Positions 1-9,094 of a stretch of 64,000 bases of DNA are shown in pieces. Origin of the DNA: Deltaproteobacteria bacterium GWA2_38_16 (GTDB lineage: Bacteria; Bdellovibrionota; JACOXK01; 2-02-FULL-40-11); contig MGPE01000006.1 in the NCBI GenBank assembly GCA_001797335.1, forward strand, positions 65,314 to 129,313, read 5' to 3'. The notes beneath the pieces were generated by a model, which was given only the letters and a program-made list of their open reading frames with translations, was not told the DNA's origin and did not search any database. Both the position numbers and the translations under genes were made by a program. How positions within the stretch are numbered: position 1 is the first letter of the stretch; every line of letters begins with the position of its first letter.

Positions 1-1258
1 TTAGTTTTTTCCCCAAATGAATTCTTAAATTTCCTAAGGCATCATAGACAACCTGAGGATCCGTATCGGCCACAAAAACAAGAGCATCCCCTTCTTTGGC
101 TCCCGTACGTTCATTGATATTTTTAATCTGTTCTGGTTTAAAAAATTTGCTAATAGGGCCATGCCACTGCCCATTTTCAATTTTAACCCACGCCAACCCT
201 TTGGCCCCATAAATTCCCACTACTTTTTCACACTCATCAAAATCTTTTCGAGAGAAAAGAGCTCCCTTAGGGATCGTAATCGCTTGAACCAATCCCCCTT
301 CTTTAGCAGCAAATGAAAAAACTTTAAACTCCACGTCTTTCACAAGATCTGTCGTATTTTTCAGTTCTAATCCAAACCGGATATCCGGCTTATCAACTCC
401 ATATCTTGTCATGGCCTCATCATAGGTTAGTCTGGGAAAAGGGATAGAAGGTGTCACATTTTTTGCTTTTTTAAATACCTCAACCATCATACCCTCTAAG
501 AGTTTCATCACATCTTCTTGGTCAATAAACGACATTTCAATATCGACTTGGGTAAATTCCGGCTGACGATCCGCTCTTAAATCTTCATCTCGGAAACAGC
601 GCACAATTTGAAAATAACGTTCAAATCCGGCTACCATAAAAATTTGTTTAAAAAGTTGTGGCGATTGAGGCAGTGCAAAAAAATGTCCTGGATAGAGACG
701 ACTGGGCACCACATAATCTCTCGCTCCTTCGGGAGTACTTTTAATAAGAAAAGGAGTTTCTAATTCTAAAAATTTTTCTTTGGATAAATACTGACGAATA
801 ACATGCGCCACCTCATGGCGGAGAACAAAGTTTTTTTGAAGGAGGGGGCGACGAAGATCCAAATATCGATACTGAAGACGTATATTCTCTCCTACTTCGG
901 CCTCATCTTCAATCATAAAGGGAAGCGGCTTAGAAGAACTTAAAATTTCAAATTCGGTAACCTCAATCTCAATATCTCCGGTTTTCATTTTTGGATTTTT
1001 CATTCCTTCGGGACGTGCCTCCACTTTTCCCTTTACAGAAATGACATATTCGGATCGAAGTTGCTCGGCTTCTTTGTGAAGCTTACTATTTATTTTTGGA
1101 TTAAATACAACCTGCGTAATACCGGTACGATCCCGAAGATCAACAAAAATTACTCCTCCATGGTCTCTGCGTCGCTGCACCCAGCCTGAAAGAATAACTT
1201 CTTGCCCACTATTTTTTTGGGTCAGCTCCCCGCAACTATGACTTCTTCTTAAATTCAT
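1..1258 (-). CDS. aspS: Aspartyl-tRNA synthetase, N-terminal ~419 codons. The gene runs off the left edge of the window and is absent from the ORF track because no stop lies inside the window.
   Basis: Minus-strand ORF starting ATG at 1256-1258 translates MNLRRSHSCGELTQKNSGQEVILSGWVQRRRDHGGVIFVDLRDRTGITQVVF..LDLRRP..FLELETPFL..QSPQLFKQ.., the class-II AspRS anticodon-binding and motif-1 signatures. It is still open at position 1 and overlaps the hisS stop by ~22 nt (hisS-aspS arrangement). Confidence 0.85.
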   Translation of the reverse strand, partial: MNLRRSHSCGELTQKNSGQEVILSGWVQRRRDHGGVIFVDLRDRTGITQVVFNPKINSKLHKEAEQLRSEYVISVKGKVEARPEGMKNPKMKTGDIEIEVTEFEILSSSKPLPFMIEDEAEVGENIRLQYRYLDLRRPLLQKNFVLRHEVAHVIRQYLSKEKFLELETPFLIKSTPEGARDYVVPSRLYPGHFFALPQSPQLFKQIFMVAGFERYFQIVRCFRDEDLRADRQPEFTQVDIEMSFIDQEDVMKLLEGMMVEVFKKAKNVTPSIPFPRLTYDEAMTRYGVDKPDIRFGLELKNTTDLVKDVEFKVFSFAAKEGGLVQAITIPKGALFSRKDFDECEKVVGIYGAKGLAWVKIENGQWHGPISKFFKPEQIKNINERTGAKEGDALVFVADTDPQVVYDALGNLRIHLGKKL

Positions 1259-2489
1259 CTAGGATCTCCCCAAACGGAATCGTTTTTTGTTCTTTCGTAC
1301 TCATGTTTCGAAGAATAGCTTCTCCTTTATTCATTTCATCTTCCCCAATGATTAAAACACATTGGGAATTCATACGATCGGCTTTTTTCATCTGTGCTTT
1401 TAAAGAACTATCATCATAATCAATCTCGCATTTGATGCCCTTTAAACGCAATTTATGAATAAGCCCATACGAAAACGCTTGTGCCTTTGGCCCCAAAGCT
1501 GCCACAAAAACATTGACCCCATATTTTGGTTGAGTCTCATTCTCTAATACCAACAGGAGACGCTCTATCCCTCCTGCATAACCAAATGCAGGCGTATCTT
1601 TTCCCCCTAACTCTTTCACAAGTCCATCGTATCGGCCTCCCCCACCCAATGCATTTTGTGCACCTAGGTCTCCCGATACAATTTCAAATGTCGTTCTCAC
1701 ATAATAATCCAATCCCCGCACAATATTGGGATTTAGAATAAAGGGTGTATTCAATTGATTAAGTGCTGTCTTTACCCCTTCAAAATGGGCTTTACATGGC
1801 TCGCATAGATGATCCACCATCCTGGGAAGGGTTGTTTGAGCAATTTTTTGACATCCTTCATTTTTGCAATCAAACGTACGCAATGGATTTTTTTCAAGAC
1901 GGTTTTGGCAATCTGCGCACAAAGCCGATTTTTGCCCCCGAAGTTCTTTAAGTAACTGCTCCCGATATTTAGGCCGACACTCATGACAGCCAAGAGAATT
2001 TAACTGAATTTCAAATTTTTTAACTCCCAGTTCCCGATAAAGATGCATCATCATAAAAATGATTTCTGCATCAATACGATAAGAGGCCGATCCAAATACT
2101 TCTACTCCAAATTGATGAAACTCTCGATATCTGCCCTTTTGCATGCGCTCATAGCGATACATAGGGCCCCAATAATAGAACTTTTGATAAGGATCGGGAT
2201 GATAGAGCTGATGTTCCAAATATGCGCGTACCACAGGAGCTGTTCCTTCGGGGCGCAAAGAAAGAGATTCCCCATTTTTATCCAAAAAAGTATACATTTG
2301 TTTTTCAACAATGTCGGTAGCGCGACCTATCCCACGACTAAATAGCTCTGTTCTTTCAACGGCAGGCGTTACAATGGGTGAAAAACTAAAAGATTCAAAA
2401 ATAGCTTTGGCTTTTTTTTCAATTTCTGCCCATCGATAAGATTCAGGCGGACAAAGATCATCCATCCCCTTTACACTGGTATATGACAT
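1236..2489 (-). CDS. hisS: Histidyl-tRNA synthetase carrying a Cys-rich insertion
   Basis: 417 aa with HisRS class-II motifs (LSLRPEGTAPVVRAY, GGGGRYDGL, C-terminal anticodon-binding domain). The insertion has CHEC..CADC..CKNEGC..CEPC. Confidence 0.9.
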   Translation of the reverse strand: MSYTSVKGMDDLCPPESYRWAEIEKKAKAIFESFSFSPIVTPAVERTELFSRGIGRATDIVEKQMYTFLDKNGESLSLRPEGTAPVVRAYLEHQLYHPDPYQKFYYWGPMYRYERMQKGRYREFHQFGVEVFGSASYRIDAEIIFMMMHLYRELGVKKFEIQLNSLGCHECRPKYREQLLKELRGQKSALCADCQNRLEKNPLRTFDCKNEGCQKIAQTTLPRMVDHLCEPCKAHFEGVKTALNQLNTPFILNPNIVRGLDYYVRTTFEIVSGDLGAQNALGGGGRYDGLVKELGGKDTPAFGYAGGIERLLLVLENETQPKYGVNVFVAALGPKAQAFSYGLIHKLRLKGIKCEIDYDDSSLKAQMKKADRMNSQCVLIIGEDEMNKGEAILRNMSTKEQKTIPFGEILDEFKKKS

Positions 2490-2537
2490 AGTAATCTATT
2501 GAAATTATCACGAAGGAGAAAATAGCGTCAATGCAAT

Positions 2538-3173
2538 TTAAGGTTTGTAATTTTTATGGATAACTTCTAAGGCTTTTTTAGCTTCGATATTTTCAGGGAA
2601 GTTCTCTTGTAAAGTGGTAAATTGCTCATAGGCCTCTTTCCATTTGAGTTCTGCCATCGCAATCCACCCTAGCGCTAATTGCGGAGAAACACTCCTAGGA
2701 TAATCATTTTGCAGGCCACTAAAGTATTCTTTGGCCTTTATATATTTTTTCCCATAATAATAGATCCATCCCAGCTGTTCACGAGCTGCATAATTTTCAT
2801 TATCAATCTTTAAAATTTCTAAATATTCTTTTTCTGCTTTCGTATAATTCGATAAAAAATAAATATAGGCCAGTCCTAACCGAGATTGGATGTCATTTGT
2901 ATCTTCTTGAATTAATTCTTGAAAAAGGGCTGTACTTTCAGGATATTTTTTTTGAATACTTAAAATGGTGGCCTTTATTCTTCTCAACTCCGTATCTTTT
3001 GGATCATATGTTAAAGCCTTTTGATAGTAAGAAAGCGCTTCCTCATATTTTCCTTCATAATAGGCTCGATCGCCTTCTTTTTTATCATTTTTGGCTGTCG
3101 TACCTGCACATCCCCCTACCATCATTATTAAAAAACCCATTATTAAAACATTTTTATTCATTAAAAAGTCCAT
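2538..3173 (-). CDS. TPR-repeat lipoprotein
   Basis: Signal peptide with lipobox (MMVGGCAG), then repeated TPR-like A/Y/L-rich 34-aa units (YYEGKYEEALSYYQKAL..). Confidence 0.7.
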   Translation of the reverse strand: MDFLMNKNVLIMGFLIMMVGGCAGTTAKNDKKEGDRAYYEGKYEEALSYYQKALTYDPKDTELRRIKATILSIQKKYPESTALFQELIQEDTNDIQSRLGLAYIYFLSNYTKAEKEYLEILKIDNENYAAREQLGWIYYYGKKYIKAKEYFSGLQNDYPRSVSPQLALGWIAMAELKWKEAYEQFTTLQENFPENIEAKKALEVIHKNYKP

Positions 3174-4744
3174 TTAAGGGATACCTCTGTAGAATATGCA
3201 GCATCAGGATTTTCTGAACCTACTTTTGGCGAAAATGACAAAGGATCTGTATCAATTCTATTATTATTCTCATAATAGTATCTTCCTGGTAAAAAATAGG
3301 CAGAAAGCATGGTTGCTTTCAGATTACCCCAAATCGGATAACCTAAAATCAAATTTGCTTCTGTTCCTAAATGACCGCTTAGTTTTTGATAATCACTCGT
3401 TGCAAATTGCCCATAGCCTGGATTGGGTGCCCACATATCAAAAAAATCTAAAATAAAAGTTAGATCTTTAGCTAAAGAAAAATTAAAAGATGCCTGAGTT
3501 AACAATAAATTTTCTTTTGCGGTAGGATCTGCAAAAGAATTAGGTCTTAAAACCCCTTTCATCACTCCATGGAGCCCTGCCATGGAAAGCATAGGAAATC
3601 CTCCAGAAATAGGAGTATTAATCGTATCTGCTAAATTTTCATTCCCTAAAGAATATCCACCGATATACCCTTTATTTGTTCCAATGGAATTGGTATTCCC
3701 CGTCCTGACATCATCCATAGATACATCATTCCCTGAAAAATAAAATAATTTAAAACTAGGCTGAATCCAAACTGGGGGAGTAAAAGCCAGCTTTACCGCT
3801 GTCATCCATCCTTCGTGCTCCACATTACCACCACCACCACCCGTTCCTGTATTAGAAATTTCTCCAAAATTCTTGGCCCCTTCTAAAAATAAAGTCCAAT
3901 CTTTTCCTAAATATTGGACCCAACTCCCTCCCACATTTCCTACAAATTCTTTTTTAACCGTTAAATTATCAAAGAAAGCAATCAATCGTTTGCCAAGTTT
4001 GGTTCTATCCCAAAGACCACTCACCATAGCTTGAAGAACATTCGACTTCCAATAATATGAAAGATCAGTGGTAAATCGATTGGCATTGGTATGATTCGTT
4101 GCTTCATTATTTTCCATAGTCGGCCGTTTAAATTGCATCCGCCATTTGCTATTAAAGTCTGGTTTATCCCAATGGAAATTATAAACCAAAGAACTTTCTT
4201 TTAAAGGATGCGTATACGTTACTGTCGCACCATAATTGGAATCTTTAATACCAAATAGCTGGGTCGTCCAACCAATACTATAATATTTATGAAGCCCTAG
4301 GGTGGTTTTTAACCCCTTAATAAATAAGGGAGTTGTTAGGGAGAGCTCTCGCAGCCTGGGGAACATATCTTGACTTAAAATATGATACCTTGCAATTTCT
4401 CGGGTTGTTGAAATATCGACCTTAGCTAAGTTGGCTGCATATCCCAATCGTCCTTTTCTCTCCGCCATTCCATGAAGTACAATATCACCATAGCCCAGGG
4501 GGAGTCCTGAATAAATAAGATCTACATTACCCATGTATTGCGCAGCAGGAAAAAACTCATCATCTCCTTTATCTTGATTTAAATCGATGACATTATTGAG
4601 ATAGTTTTGAATAAGTTCAACAGAGCCATCCGTTTCCGCTTTAAAATTATTTTTAGAGAAAATAATCTTTCGAGCTAAAACCTCTGGTGAGAACAAAAAA
4701 CCGACAACAAAAATCCCTACGAATAGTTTTGAAAAATGGTGCAT
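3161..4744 (-). CDS. Outer-membrane beta-barrel protein (porin/export-type), function unknown
   Basis: N-terminal signal peptide, alternating amphipathic beta-strand pattern, internal Gly run (GTGGGGGN), C-terminal aromatic terminus ..SLKWTF typical of OMPs. It overlaps the downstream TPR lipoprotein gene by 13 nt. Confidence 0.6.
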   Translation of the reverse strand: MHHFSKLFVGIFVVGFLFSPEVLARKIIFSKNNFKAETDGSVELIQNYLNNVIDLNQDKGDDEFFPAAQYMGNVDLIYSGLPLGYGDIVLHGMAERKGRLGYAANLAKVDISTTREIARYHILSQDMFPRLRELSLTTPLFIKGLKTTLGLHKYYSIGWTTQLFGIKDSNYGATVTYTHPLKESSLVYNFHWDKPDFNSKWRMQFKRPTMENNEATNHTNANRFTTDLSYYWKSNVLQAMVSGLWDRTKLGKRLIAFFDNLTVKKEFVGNVGGSWVQYLGKDWTLFLEGAKNFGEISNTGTGGGGGNVEHEGWMTAVKLAFTPPVWIQPSFKLFYFSGNDVSMDDVRTGNTNSIGTNKGYIGGYSLGNENLADTINTPISGGFPMLSMAGLHGVMKGVLRPNSFADPTAKENLLLTQASFNFSLAKDLTFILDFFDMWAPNPGYGQFATSDYQKLSGHLGTEANLILGYPIWGNLKATMLSAYFLPGRYYYENNNRIDTDPLSFSPKVGSENPDAAYSTEVSLKWTF

Positions 4745-4778
4745 ATTTTTATATAGTGCACCACCTGAATTTCAAAAA

Positions 4779-7562
4779 TCAAGACTTTTTTGCTGGAATC
4801 GACGCTAACCCTCGCTTGGGAGAAGCATACATGGGCGCCAACGATAAGGCTTTATTGAACGCTTCTTTGGCCTTTGAGTAATCCTTTAATTTTAAATAAT
4901 TCCACCCCAAACCATCATAAGGATCAGCATAGATATCGTTAGAAGCATGTAGATCTACCAATTCTTGAAATGCCTGAATAGAGTTTTCATTCTGGCCACT
5001 AAAATAATAGCTCCAGGCCAATGCTGAAAGGACCACACTCTTTTTCCCCCAGATTTTTTCTGAGTCTTTGAGCTCACGAGCTACCTTGGAAAGCGTTTGA
5101 GAAGCCTTGGTATACGTTCCCATGTAATACTGAACGAGCCCCAGTCCCCGTTGAACTTCCACATCATCTGGATTATGCACCAAGGCCAAATTAAAATATT
5201 TTTCTGCTTCAAGATAATAGAAGGAATTTAGATACCCCCATCCAGAAATGGCAAATACATCACTCCAGTCTGTATGTTCTTCAAGCATCGCTTGATAATC
5301 TGGCAAGTTTGAAATGACAGAGGATAAGTTTACGGCTTTGAGCATTTGTTCATGGGCTTTTTCCGGTTGATTCAGTTTAAAATAGGTAAGGGCTAATCCT
5401 CCTTGAGCTTCTGGAAGTAGTGGATATTGCTCCATAAACTTTTTAAAATGTTTCAACGCTTGATCAAATTTACCCGCCCTAAAAGATGCCCAACTTAAAT
5501 ACCCTTGCCCTTCAGATGAAAGCGGGTATTGAGAAGAAAATTTTTCCAAATAAGGCACCGCTTCAGCATATTGACCTAAGATATAGTGAGCAAAGCCAAT
5601 ACCCCTTAATGTCATGGGGTCATTGGGCCTGACCGCTAATACTTTTTCTTTAAAGATGCTCAGTGCCTTTTGAGTTTGTCCCAAGGAATAATAACACCAC
5701 GCAATTCCAGCATGAGCTCTCCATTTTTCAGATTCTGGCAATTTATTTAAAACCGCCATAAACCGCCCTTGGGCTTTTTGAATATAGCCAATATTATACC
5801 AATACCAAGCTTCATTCACCTGAATAAAATTTTTATTAATTTTAGATAGCCCGAGCTGTGCTTCATAATGACCCGGTAAGAGAAGTAGACACTTATCAAA
5901 TTCATCTGCCGCTCGAGTAAAATCATTTTTACCAAAATACGCCCATCCTAGGCCATTCTTAGCATCGGCAAGAAGTGGATAGTCTTTGGCCAACGCTTCA
6001 AAATGAGTAATGGCATTTTGAAAATCTTTTTTCTTGTGATACGCCCACCCTAGCCCCCTCACAGCTTCCAAAGAATTATAAATTTTTCTGGACTCATTAA
6101 AAGCATTAATGGCTTCATTATATTGAGCTTTATTATAATGAGACCACCCCAAAGAATTTAAGGCTTCTACTTTTTCATCTTTGGTAATGGATTGCTGCAA
6201 AAACTCATTTAATAAAGAAATGGCTTGATCATTTTTAGCAAGCTGCCAGCTGGTATAGGCACGCCCTTTTAAATTAAATTTGTCATGCCCATTACCTGCC
6301 ATTTCAAAATGAGTCATCGCTTTTTTATAGTCTGCCTTATAATAAAATGCCCATCCAATATCGTTATTCACAGCTTTCCAATCTTTTTGTTCTGTTAACA
6401 TTTGTTTAAACAAAGGCCCATCCACATACCAAGGATAAAGATTGACCGCCCTCGCAAAACTTTCTTTCGCTTTTGTAAAATTTTTACCCTCATAGAAACA
6501 GAGAGTTAGTCCAAAATGCGCATCGGCTATCAAAGGATAATTTATGGTTAAAAAAGAAAATTCCTGAATGGCATTTTGATAGTCTTTTTTATTATAGTAA
6601 CTCCAAGCAATATTAATGATGGCATCCGTATCTCCTGGAACTTCTTCAAGATACCTTTTTAATTGAGTAATGGCTTTATCAAATTGCTTCATTTTAAATT
6701 CACAAAATGCCATCCCTTTACGAGCGTAGGCTGTATTGGCATTTTGATCCAAGGCACTCATGAAATTCTGCTTCGCTTTGGCAAAATCTCCAAGCCAATA
6801 CTGAGACCAAGCTAATCCTAAATGAACTCTCCACAGTTCCCCTTTAGGAACTCTTTTCGTTGTATTTTGTAAAATTGCATTAAATTGATTCACCGCCACT
6901 TTGTAACTTCCAATATTGAGCTGATACCAAGCCTTATAAATAGGCTCTAACGCCACATTTTGCGCTTGATAACTTTTAATAGCTCCAATGGTAGATAAGC
7001 CAATATCAGCCCCTGCATATTTGGGATCGTGCTTTTTAATTTCTTGAAATTCTTGTTTTGCTTGGGGCAATTTTCCCATCGCCACAAAGGCTAGCCCCAA
7101 TCCATGGCGAGAAGCCACCCAGTCGGGATGCTCTTTGGTCACTTCTTTTAAAGTTTTAATGGCATCATTATAGTAGCCTAAAAGATAATAGCTCCACCCT
7201 AAGAGAGATTTTCCATTTCCATCAACATCAAACTCTCCTTCTACACCAGGAAGGGTGATTTTTTCGTGAATGGTTTCAAAAGTTGGACTTATTTTTTGAG
7301 CCGCTTTAATGTGATAAACAGCATCCCAATAGCGACCTAATTTAAATTCTGCATAGGCCATCCCCACCAGGGCATCTGGGTTATTTTGGGGAGACTTTTT
7401 AAAGCTGGCCATAGCATCAACAAACTTTTTAGAATGATAATTTTCCCATCCTTGTTGAACCGCATTGTCTTTTTCAGCCCTGAGTGAAAATGATAAAAAA
7501 CTCACCACGATAACTACCCATAAGATTCGATATAATTTCATATTGCCTCCTTGTACCCACAC
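4779..7562 (-). CDS. Large secreted TPR-repeat protein (927 aa). The true start is probably the internal MKLYRIL.. Met.
   Basis: Signal peptide and >20 tandem TPR-like units (W/Y-rich, e.g. LGWAYFGKNDF.. and GLGWSYY..). Confidence 0.7.
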   Translation of the reverse strand: MWVQGGNMKLYRILWVVIVVSFLSFSLRAEKDNAVQQGWENYHSKKFVDAMASFKKSPQNNPDALVGMAYAEFKLGRYWDAVYHIKAAQKISPTFETIHEKITLPGVEGEFDVDGNGKSLLGWSYYLLGYYNDAIKTLKEVTKEHPDWVASRHGLGLAFVAMGKLPQAKQEFQEIKKHDPKYAGADIGLSTIGAIKSYQAQNVALEPIYKAWYQLNIGSYKVAVNQFNAILQNTTKRVPKGELWRVHLGLAWSQYWLGDFAKAKQNFMSALDQNANTAYARKGMAFCEFKMKQFDKAITQLKRYLEEVPGDTDAIINIAWSYYNKKDYQNAIQEFSFLTINYPLIADAHFGLTLCFYEGKNFTKAKESFARAVNLYPWYVDGPLFKQMLTEQKDWKAVNNDIGWAFYYKADYKKAMTHFEMAGNGHDKFNLKGRAYTSWQLAKNDQAISLLNEFLQQSITKDEKVEALNSLGWSHYNKAQYNEAINAFNESRKIYNSLEAVRGLGWAYHKKKDFQNAITHFEALAKDYPLLADAKNGLGWAYFGKNDFTRAADEFDKCLLLLPGHYEAQLGLSKINKNFIQVNEAWYWYNIGYIQKAQGRFMAVLNKLPESEKWRAHAGIAWCYYSLGQTQKALSIFKEKVLAVRPNDPMTLRGIGFAHYILGQYAEAVPYLEKFSSQYPLSSEGQGYLSWASFRAGKFDQALKHFKKFMEQYPLLPEAQGGLALTYFKLNQPEKAHEQMLKAVNLSSVISNLPDYQAMLEEHTDWSDVFAISGWGYLNSFYYLEAEKYFNLALVHNPDDVEVQRGLGLVQYYMGTYTKASQTLSKVARELKDSEKIWGKKSVVLSALAWSYYFSGQNENSIQAFQELVDLHASNDIYADPYDGLGWNYLKLKDYSKAKEAFNKALSLAPMYASPKRGLASIPAKKS

Positions 7563-7625
7563 TCATCGGATATATTTTTTGAAACTTTAGTAAAAACAGC
7601 CTAAAGATTATCGCCCATTTTCCGA

Positions 7626-7631
7626 TATAAT
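7626..7631 (+). promoter_or_regulatory. Putative -10 hexamer (TATAAT) upstream of the operon's first gene
   Basis: Perfect TATAAT 21 nt upstream of the ATG at 7653, with an A/G-rich RBS (aaagaaagga) in between. No convincing -35 was identified. Confidence 0.3.
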
Positions 7632-7652
7632 ACTTAAAGAAAGGATAAACCC

Positions 7653-8021
7653 ATGCCAAACATGAATGATCCCCAAAAAACTTCTTCTAGTCAGCAAGTA
7701 GAACGATACTTTGATCAATTTGCATTTTTAGATAGCAAACGCCATCTTTCCTTAGATATTCCTAAGCATCTTAAGATAGAGCTTTATAAAGAAGAAGGTG
7801 GTTTTATCTTTGATAGCAATAATGGCCTTATTTATACCATAAATCAGGTAGCCGCTTTTATCCTCTCTCTCATCATCCATAAAAAAGGACAATATGGATT
7901 AAATGATATTACCCAGTTTTTGAAAACCACTTTTGATGTCACTGATCAAGAAGCTCAAGATGATATTATTGAATTTTTTTGCCATTTAAAAGACTTTGGA
8001 ATGGAGGTCATCGCTGAATGA
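7653..8021 (+). CDS. PqqD-like / RiPP recognition element (RRE)-type small protein
   Basis: C-terminal ~90 aa fit the PqqD pattern from memory (..LIYTINQVAAFILSLI..G.YGLNDITQFLKTTFDVTDQEAQDDIIEFFCHLKDFGMEVI). Its stop overlaps the next start (ATGA). Confidence 0.5.
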   Translation: MPNMNDPQKTSSSQQVERYFDQFAFLDSKRHLSLDIPKHLKIELYKEEGGFIFDSNNGLIYTINQVAAFILSLIIHKKGQYGLNDITQFLKTTFDVTDQEAQDDIIEFFCHLKDFGMEVIAE

Positions 8022-9094
8022 ATCATCCTATTCACGTCGCTATTACAGGACTCCAAATGATGGACAATCCCTATCCCGGAGTTAGTGTTGCCCGAAGTCT
8101 TAAGGAAAGTCCCAGTTTTTCTGGAAAAATCATCGGCCTTTCGTATGATCTTCACTGTACAGGAAATTTCTCTCCCTATTTTGATGACATTTTTTTAACC
8201 CCTTTCCCCTGGGATTCAGAAACACAGTGGCTTAATAGAATTGCCCAAATTCATCAAAAAATTCGGCTCGATGTCATTATCCCAACCCTGGATTCTGAAA
8301 TAGCTCTTTTTTCTAAAATGTCTTTAACGTTAGAAAAAATGGGAATTAAAACATTCTTACCTTCTGAAATGTCTGTTAAAGCCCGAGCTAAAAATTTTTT
8401 ACCCGAATGGTGCAAAACTCATCAAATTATTAAAACCCCCAAAACCATGGTGGTAGTTAATAAAAGTGAAATCGCTAAAATTGTAGGTACCGTAGGATAT
8501 CCCTGCCTCATTAAAGGAGCTCTGGCCGATGCTTATATTGCTTATGATATCTATGAAGCCAGCGTTTTTTTTGACCGAATCTATTATGGCTGGGGACTAC
8601 CCGTCATTATTCAAGAATGTATTAAAGGAGATGATTTTGACGTTGTCGCTCTCGCTGGGAAAGATAGTACCCTCATTGGTGCTACCGCTATTAAAAAATT
8701 GGCCATTACCGATCAAGGAAAATGCGCCATTGCCAGTATTGTCAATGACGAACAATTATTTACCCTTACTCAAAAAATTGCTCACGCTTTAAAATGGGTA
8801 GGCCCGTTTGAAGTAGAAATGGTTTATGACGGCTTTAATAAAGAATTTTATTTGATTGAAATTAATGCACGGTTTCCCGCATGGATTTATTTAACAGCAA
8901 AAGCCAATTATAATTTACCTGAAAAACTAGTTCAGCTGGCCATGGGAGAAAATGTCTCTCCACTGCCTCCCTGTCAGAGTGAGCTTCTTTTTACACGCAC
9001 CAAAGAAGATTATTTTTTTGAAGTTAATGCCTATAGCAAACTGGCTGCAACAGGAGAACTAAAAAAAGGAGATCTTCTCTGTGAAAACTTATAA
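8018..9094 (+). CDS. ATP-grasp family ligase (paralog 1)
   Basis: ATP-grasp C-terminal metal-binding signature FYLIEINARFP (E-x-N), preceded by a Gly/Lys-rich nucleotide-binding region. Its start overlaps the upstream gene by 4 nt. Confidence 0.7.
   Translation: MNHPIHVAITGLQMMDNPYPGVSVARSLKESPSFSGKIIGLSYDLHCTGNFSPYFDDIFLTPFPWDSETQWLNRIAQIHQKIRLDVIIPTLDSEIALFSKMSLTLEKMGIKTFLPSEMSVKARAKNFLPEWCKTHQIIKTPKTMVVVNKSEIAKIVGTVGYPCLIKGALADAYIAYDIYEASVFFDRIYYGWGLPVIIQECIKGDDFDVVALAGKDSTLIGATAIKKLAITDQGKCAIASIVNDEQLFTLTQKIAHALKWVGPFEVEMVYDGFNKEFYLIEINARFPAWIYLTAKANYNLPEKLVQLAMGENVSPLPPCQSELLFTRTKEDYFFEVNAYSKLAATGELKKGDLLCENL

Noticed and set aside
1526-2345. Several 60-100-aa ORFs on both strands inside hisS
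   Set aside because: They lie fully within the well-supported hisS coding region and have no RBS or domain signal. Typical spurious frames in AT-rich DNA.
7474-7659. 61-aa minus ORF in the operon leader region, as a possible precursor peptide
   Set aside because: It mostly overlaps the 5' end of the giant TPR gene in another frame, has no leader/core character and is on the wrong strand relative to the operon.
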